In this document: positions 59,738-64,000 of the stretch, piece by piece
Position numbering within the stretch: the first letter of the stretch is position 1
Layout of the letters: each line of letters starts with the position of its first letter
Origin: an uncultured Flavobacteriaceae bacterium
GTDB taxonomy: Bacteria; Bacteroidota; Bacteroidia; Flavobacteriales; Flavobacteriaceae
Assembly: GCA_943789455.1 (NCBI GenBank)
Contig: CALSUE010000008.1
Location: 11,907-75,906, forward strand
Direction: 5' to 3'
DNA: 64,000 nt
Translations under genes and position numbers: made by a program
Notes under the pieces: generated by a model
Database searches by the model: none
What the model saw: the letters and a program-made list of their open reading frames with translations, nothing else
What the model was told of the DNA's origin: nothing

Positions 59738-62347
59738 TTATTTTTTTGTTAACATGCGCTTTATTTCGTTCAATTTCATGAGTGCTTCAATAGGGGTTAG
59801 GGCATCTAAATTGGTTGTCAATATTTCTTCACGTAAGTCTTCAAGTAAAGGATCGTCTAATTGAAAGAAACTTAGTTGCATATTATCATCTTGAACATTT
59901 CTTAAGGTGTCTTTTACCTCTTCACTTGTTTGTTTTTTTTCTAATTGCTTAAGTATTTTAGAAGCTCTGTGAATTACTTGATTTGGCATTCCAGCCAATT
60001 TAGCAACATGAATTCCAAAACTGTGATTGCTTCCGCCAGCAACAAGTTTTCTTAAGAAAATAATAGTGTCTTTCAATTCTTTAACAGAAACATTATAGTT
60101 TTTAATGCGCTTAAAAGTAGTTGTCATTTCATTCAACTCATGATAATGTGTTGCAAAAAGTGTTTTTGCCTTAGAAGGGTGTTCGTGTAAATATTCTGCA
60201 ATAGCCCAAGCTATTGAAATTCCATCATAGGTTGAAGTTCCACGCCCAATTTCATCTAATAAAACTAAACTTCTTTCAGAAATATTATTAAGAATAGAGG
60301 CGGTTTCATTCATTTCTACCATAAAAGTAGATTCTCCCATAGAAATATTATCACTTGCGCCTACTCTTGTAAAGATTTTATCAACTACGCCAATTTTTGC
60401 GTTTTGAGCAGGAACATAACTACCCATTTGAGCTAATAGAACAATTAATGCTGTTTGTCTAAGAATAGCAGATTTACCAGACATATTTGGTCCAGTAATC
60501 ATAATAATTTGTTGCTGATTCCTGCTTAATACAAGATCGTTTGCAATATATTCTTCACCAATTGGGAGTTGTTTTTCTATGACAGGATGACGACCATTTT
60601 TAATTTCTATATCGGTACTTTCATCAACTACTGGACAAACATAATTATTTGAAACAGCTAAAACCGCAAAAGACAACAAACAATCTATTTTAGCAATTGT
60701 TTTTGCATTGTGTTGAATGGGCTGAACAAATTGTATAATATATTGTACTAAATCTGTAAAAAGCTGTTGCTCTAATTCTTTTATTTTTTCTTCTGCGCCT
60801 AGAATTTTTGTTTCATATTCTTTAAGCTCTTCAGTAATATACCTTTCTGCATTAACTAGGGTTTGTTTTCGAACCCATTCGTCAGGAACTTTATCCTTAT
60901 GTGTATTTCTAACCTCAATATAATACCCAAAAACATTATTAAAAGCAATTTTTAAACTTGGAATTGCTGTCCTCTCACTTTCTCTAGCAAGCATACGATC
61001 TAGATACTCCTTTCCCGAACTAGAAATTGCTCGTAAATCGTCTAATTCTTGAGAGACCCCATTAGCAATAGCCCCTCCTTTATTTATATTTACCGGGGCA
61101 TTGTCAAATAAAACGGCATCTATTTTTGAAATTATGTTAGAACAATCTAAAAATTGATTACCAAGGTTTATAATGGATTTATTTTTACTTGCTAAAGCTT
61201 TTTCCTTTATTGGTAAAACAGCGTTTAAAGAATCTTTTAATAAAACCGTTTCTCGCGGGGAAACTTTACCCGTTGCCACTTTTGAAATTAAGCGCTCTAT
61301 GTCACTGATTTGTTGTAATTGATATTGAATTGTCTCAAGGAAATCGTCATTTTCTATGCAATATTTTACCAACTCATGTCTGTAATGAATTTTGTCTACA
61401 TCCTTTAAAGGTAGCGCTAACCAACGTTTTAACAATCTCCCTCCCATAGGAGATATTGTTTTGTCGATAACATTGAGTAAAGTAACAGCGTTTAAAGAAT
61501 TTGGATGATACAGTTCTAAATTTCGAATCGTAAAACGGTCCATCCAAACATAATTATCTTCAGCAATTCTACTAATATTTTGAATGTGTTTTAACTTGTT
61601 GTGTTGTGTTTCTGACAAATAATATAAAACCGCCCCAGCGGCTATAATTCCTTCGGGCAATTCTTGAACGCCAAATCCTTTTAAAGAGTTGACATCAAAA
61701 TGAGTATTCAAAGTTTCGAATCCATACTCTTTTTGAAACACCCAATCCTCTAGGTAAAATGTATAAAAACGATCTTCAAAGAGCTCTTTAAACTTTTGTT
61801 TGTATTGTTTTTGAACCAATACTTCAGATGGACTAAAATTCTGAAGTAGCTTATCGATATACTCCTCGTTTCCCTGAGCTAACAAATATTCTCCTGTAGA
61901 AACATCTAAGAAAGAAACGCCTAGTAGTCGTTTTCCAAAATGAACAGCTGCTAAAAAATTATTAGATTTTGATTGTAGTACTTCATCATTTAATGAAACC
62001 CCCGGAGTTATTAATTCTGTAACACCACGTTTTACAATGGTTTTTGTCATTTTTGGATTCTCCAATTGATCACATATAGCTACACGCATTCCAGCTTTTA
62101 CTAATTTTGGTAAATAGGTGTTCAAAGAATGATGTGGAAATCCCGCTAAAGCTGTTTCAGTTTCACTACCAGCACCTCTTTTGGTGAGAATAATTCCTAA
62201 AACACCAGCTGCTTTTACAGCATCGTCACCAAAAGTTTCATAAAAGTCACCAACACGAAAAAGTAACATTGCATCTGGATACTTTCCTTTGATCGCATTG
62301 TATTGTTTCATTAAAGGCGTTACCTTTTTGGTGGTAGATTTTGCCAA
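59738..62347 (-). CDS. mutS: DNA mismatch repair protein MutS
   Basis: [40 protein letters not shown]; TTG start. Confidence 0.99.
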   Translation of the reverse strand: MAKSTTKKVTPLMKQYNAIKGKYPDAMLLFRVGDFYETFGDDAVKAAGVLGIILTKRGAGSETETALAGFPHHSLNTYLPKLVKAGMRVAICDQLENPKMTKTIVKRGVTELITPGVSLNDEVLQSKSNNFLAAVHFGKRLLGVSFLDVSTGEYLLAQGNEEYIDKLLQNFSPSEVLVQKQYKQKFKELFEDRFYTFYLEDWVFQKEYGFETLNTHFDVNSLKGFGVQELPEGIIAAGAVLYYLSETQHNKLKHIQNISRIAEDNYVWMDRFTIRNLELYHPNSLNAVTLLNVIDKTISPMGGRLLKRWLALPLKDVDKIHYRHELVKYCIENDDFLETIQYQLQQISDIERLISKVATGKVSPRETVLLKDSLNAVLPIKEKALASKNKSIINLGNQFLDCSNIISKIDAVLFDNAPVNINKGGAIANGVSQELDDLRAISSSGKEYLDRMLARESERTAIPSLKIAFNNVFGYYIEVRNTHKDKVPDEWVRKQTLVNAERYITEELKEYETKILGAEEKIKELEQQLFTDLVQYIIQFVQPIQHNAKTIAKIDCLLSFAVLAVSNNYVCPVVDESTDIEIKNGRHPVIEKQLPIGEEYIANDLVLSRNQQQIIMITGPNMSGKSAILRQTALIVLLAQMGSYVPAQNAKIGVVDKIFTRVGASDNISMGESTFMVEMNETASILNNISERSLVLLDEIGRGTSTYDGISIAWAIAEYLHEHPSKAKTLFATHYHELNEMTTTFKRIKNYNVSVKELKDTIIFLRKLVAGGSNHSFGIHVAKLAGMPNQVIHRASKILKQLEKKQTSEEVKDTLRNVQDDNMQLSFFQLDDPLLEDLREEILTTNLDALTPIEALMKLNEIKRMLTKK

Positions 62348-62411
62348 ATTTTAGAATTTTTCAGTTAGTTTTACTGTTGTTTGCAATAAGTGTTTAAAGA
62401 TAGAACTTTTT

Positions 62412-62939
62412 ATGAGAAAACTAAGAAATAACGAACTAGGACGAATCTCCGTTTCTACGTTTAAAAAGACGACTAAAACACCCATTATTGTAGTCCTTGA
62501 TAATATTAGAAGTTTAAATAATATTGGTTCTGTTTTTAGAACAAGCGATGCATTCTTGGTTGAGAAAATTTATCTATGTGGAATAACTGCGAAACCTCCG
62601 CATAGAGATATTCATAAAACAGCTCTAGGAGCAACTGAATCTGTTGATTGGGAGCATAAAGAGGATACATTAACTCTTGTAAAAGAATTAAGAGCTAAAG
62701 GAATTGAAGTAGCCGCGATAGAACAAGTAGAAAATAGTGTAATGTTAGACGAGTTTACTCCACGCCCCAATAACAAAATTGCCGTTGTGTTTGGAAACGA
62801 GGTAAAAGGAGTGCAACAGGAAGTTGTTTCTGCTGCAGATTATTGTGTTGAAATTCCTCAGAAAGGAACTAAACATTCTTTAAATATTTCTGTGAGTTGT
62901 GGAGTGGTTCTTTGGGATTTATTCCAAAAGTTACAGTAA
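62412..62939 (+). CDS. SpoU/TrmH family RNA methyltransferase
   Basis: VLDNIRSLNNIGSVFRT, VFGNEVKG, SLNISVS. Confidence 0.93.
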   Translation: MRKLRNNELGRISVSTFKKTTKTPIIVVLDNIRSLNNIGSVFRTSDAFLVEKIYLCGITAKPPHRDIHKTALGATESVDWEHKEDTLTLVKELRAKGIEVAAIEQVENSVMLDEFTPRPNNKIAVVFGNEVKGVQQEVVSAADYCVEIPQKGTKHSLNISVSCGVVLWDLFQKLQ

Positions 62940-62942
62940 TTT

Positions 62943-64000
62943 TTATATTCCTAGAATACTCTTAGCAATCATAAAATAAATTAAAATTCCAAAAATATCA
63001 TTACTTGTTGTAATAAATGGACCTGTAGCAATTGCGGGATCTATTCCTCTTTTGTCTAGAAATAATGGCACAAAAGTTCCTATTAATCCAGCAACAATAA
63101 TAACCGCTACAAGAGAGACTGAAATGGCTAAAGCAGTATTCACTTTACCTTCACACAACCAAACAAAACCAAATAAAAATATGGCTAGCACAATTCCGTT
63201 AAGAGCCGCCAATAACATTTCTTTTATTAATCGGCTATTAATACTTCCTTTAACATCGTCATTTGCTAATCCTTGAACAATAATTGCCGATGATTGCACA
63301 CCCACATTTCCAGCCATTGCAGCAATTAAAGGTGTAAAAAAGAATAAAACTGCATTTTCTTCAAAAGTATTTTCAAACATTTGCATAATTAAAAAGGCAC
63401 CTACCCCTCCTAAAAGCCCTAAAAACAACCAAGGCAATCGCGCTTTGGTTAGCTGTAAAATACTATCGTCGGCTTCAACATCTTGCGTTAAACCTGCAGC
63501 TAATTGATAATCTTTGTCTGCCTCTTCTTTAATAATGTCTACGATATCATCAATTGTAATTCTTCCCAATAAAACACCATTGTTATCTACAACAGGAATT
63601 GCCTCTAAATCATATTTTCGCATTTTATTAGAGACTTCATCTAGGTTGTCATGAACATTTACAAAATCAACTTTAGGGATATAAACCTCTGAAATAGCTG
63701 TTTTTGTTGAGGTTATTAGTAAGTCTTTTAAAGATAATCGCCCTTTTAACTTCTCATTATCATCTACAACATATATAGAATGAACTCTTGTTACCTCTTC
63801 CGCCTGTAATCGCATCTCTCTGACACATTTAAGAACGTTCCAGTTTTCATTAACCTTTACCAACTCTTTTGCCATTAACCCACCGGCAGAATCTTCGTCA
63901 TAGGTAAGTAGTTCCTCAATTTCTTTTACATGTTCTTCATCTTCAATTTGAGACATTACCGCCTCTTGTCTTTCCTCTGATAGTTCTCCAATAATATCCG
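62943..64000 (-). CDS. mgtE: Magnesium transporter MgtE, 5' end outside the window
   Basis: CBS pair, GRITIDD, AAMAGNVG, DPAIATGPFITTSND. The frame stays open to the window edge (DIIGELSEERQEAVMSQ). Confidence 0.97.
   Translation of the reverse strand, partial: DIIGELSEERQEAVMSQIEDEEHVKEIEELLTYDEDSAGGLMAKELVKVNENWNVLKCVREMRLQAEEVTRVHSIYVVDDNEKLKGRLSLKDLLITSTKTAISEVYIPKVDFVNVHDNLDEVSNKMRKYDLEAIPVVDNNGVLLGRITIDDIVDIIKEEADKDYQLAAGLTQDVEADDSILQLTKARLPWLFLGLLGGVGAFLIMQMFENTFEENAVLFFFTPLIAAMAGNVGVQSSAIIVQGLANDDVKGSINSRLIKEMLLAALNGIVLAIFLFGFVWLCEGKVNTALAISVSLVAVIIVAGLIGTFVPLFLDKRGIDPAIATGPFITTSNDIFGILIYFMIAKSILGI

Noticed and set aside
62384-62398. TGTTGTTTGCAATAA upstream of mutS, resembling the ACT-gene repeat
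   Set aside because: The spacer is 2 nt shorter and one arm is mismatched; a single copy is too weak without a genome-wide motif test.

Overview
Core-genome segment of an AT-rich Bacteroidota chromosome, most likely Flavobacteriaceae. The evidence is the split atp operon, T9SS genes, TAnnTTTG promoters and tight gene packing. Contents: atpBEFHAG preceded by sprE and a bactofilin; housekeeping genes (trxA, dinB, gdhA, pheS, glpD, gpsA, dut, recA, rpiB, rnr, gltX, ybeY, mnmG, panB, mutS, mgtE); and a T9SS-secreted S8 protease. No tRNA, rRNA, CRISPR array or mobile element was found. Three things stand out. (1) A 12-gene operon (16614-25443) couples a type III PKS to its own ACP/KS/DH/ER/PPTase set plus a methyltransferase, a flavoprotein and a YceI lipid-binding protein. 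I know of no characterised product; a phenolic lipid or alkylquinone is the inference. (2) The window appears to span oriC: an extremely AT-rich gap (41220-41747) with clustered non-canonical DnaA-box-like nonamers, a low-GC halo around it, and two parS sites bracketing mnmG. (3) A small ACT-domain protein usually labelled 'aspartate kinase' has no kinase domain and sits directly behind a perfect tandem 18-bp palindromic repeat at its promoter, which suggests an autoregulated amino-acid-sensing transcription factor. All calls were made by eye from the sequence and the ORF track; no database searches were run.
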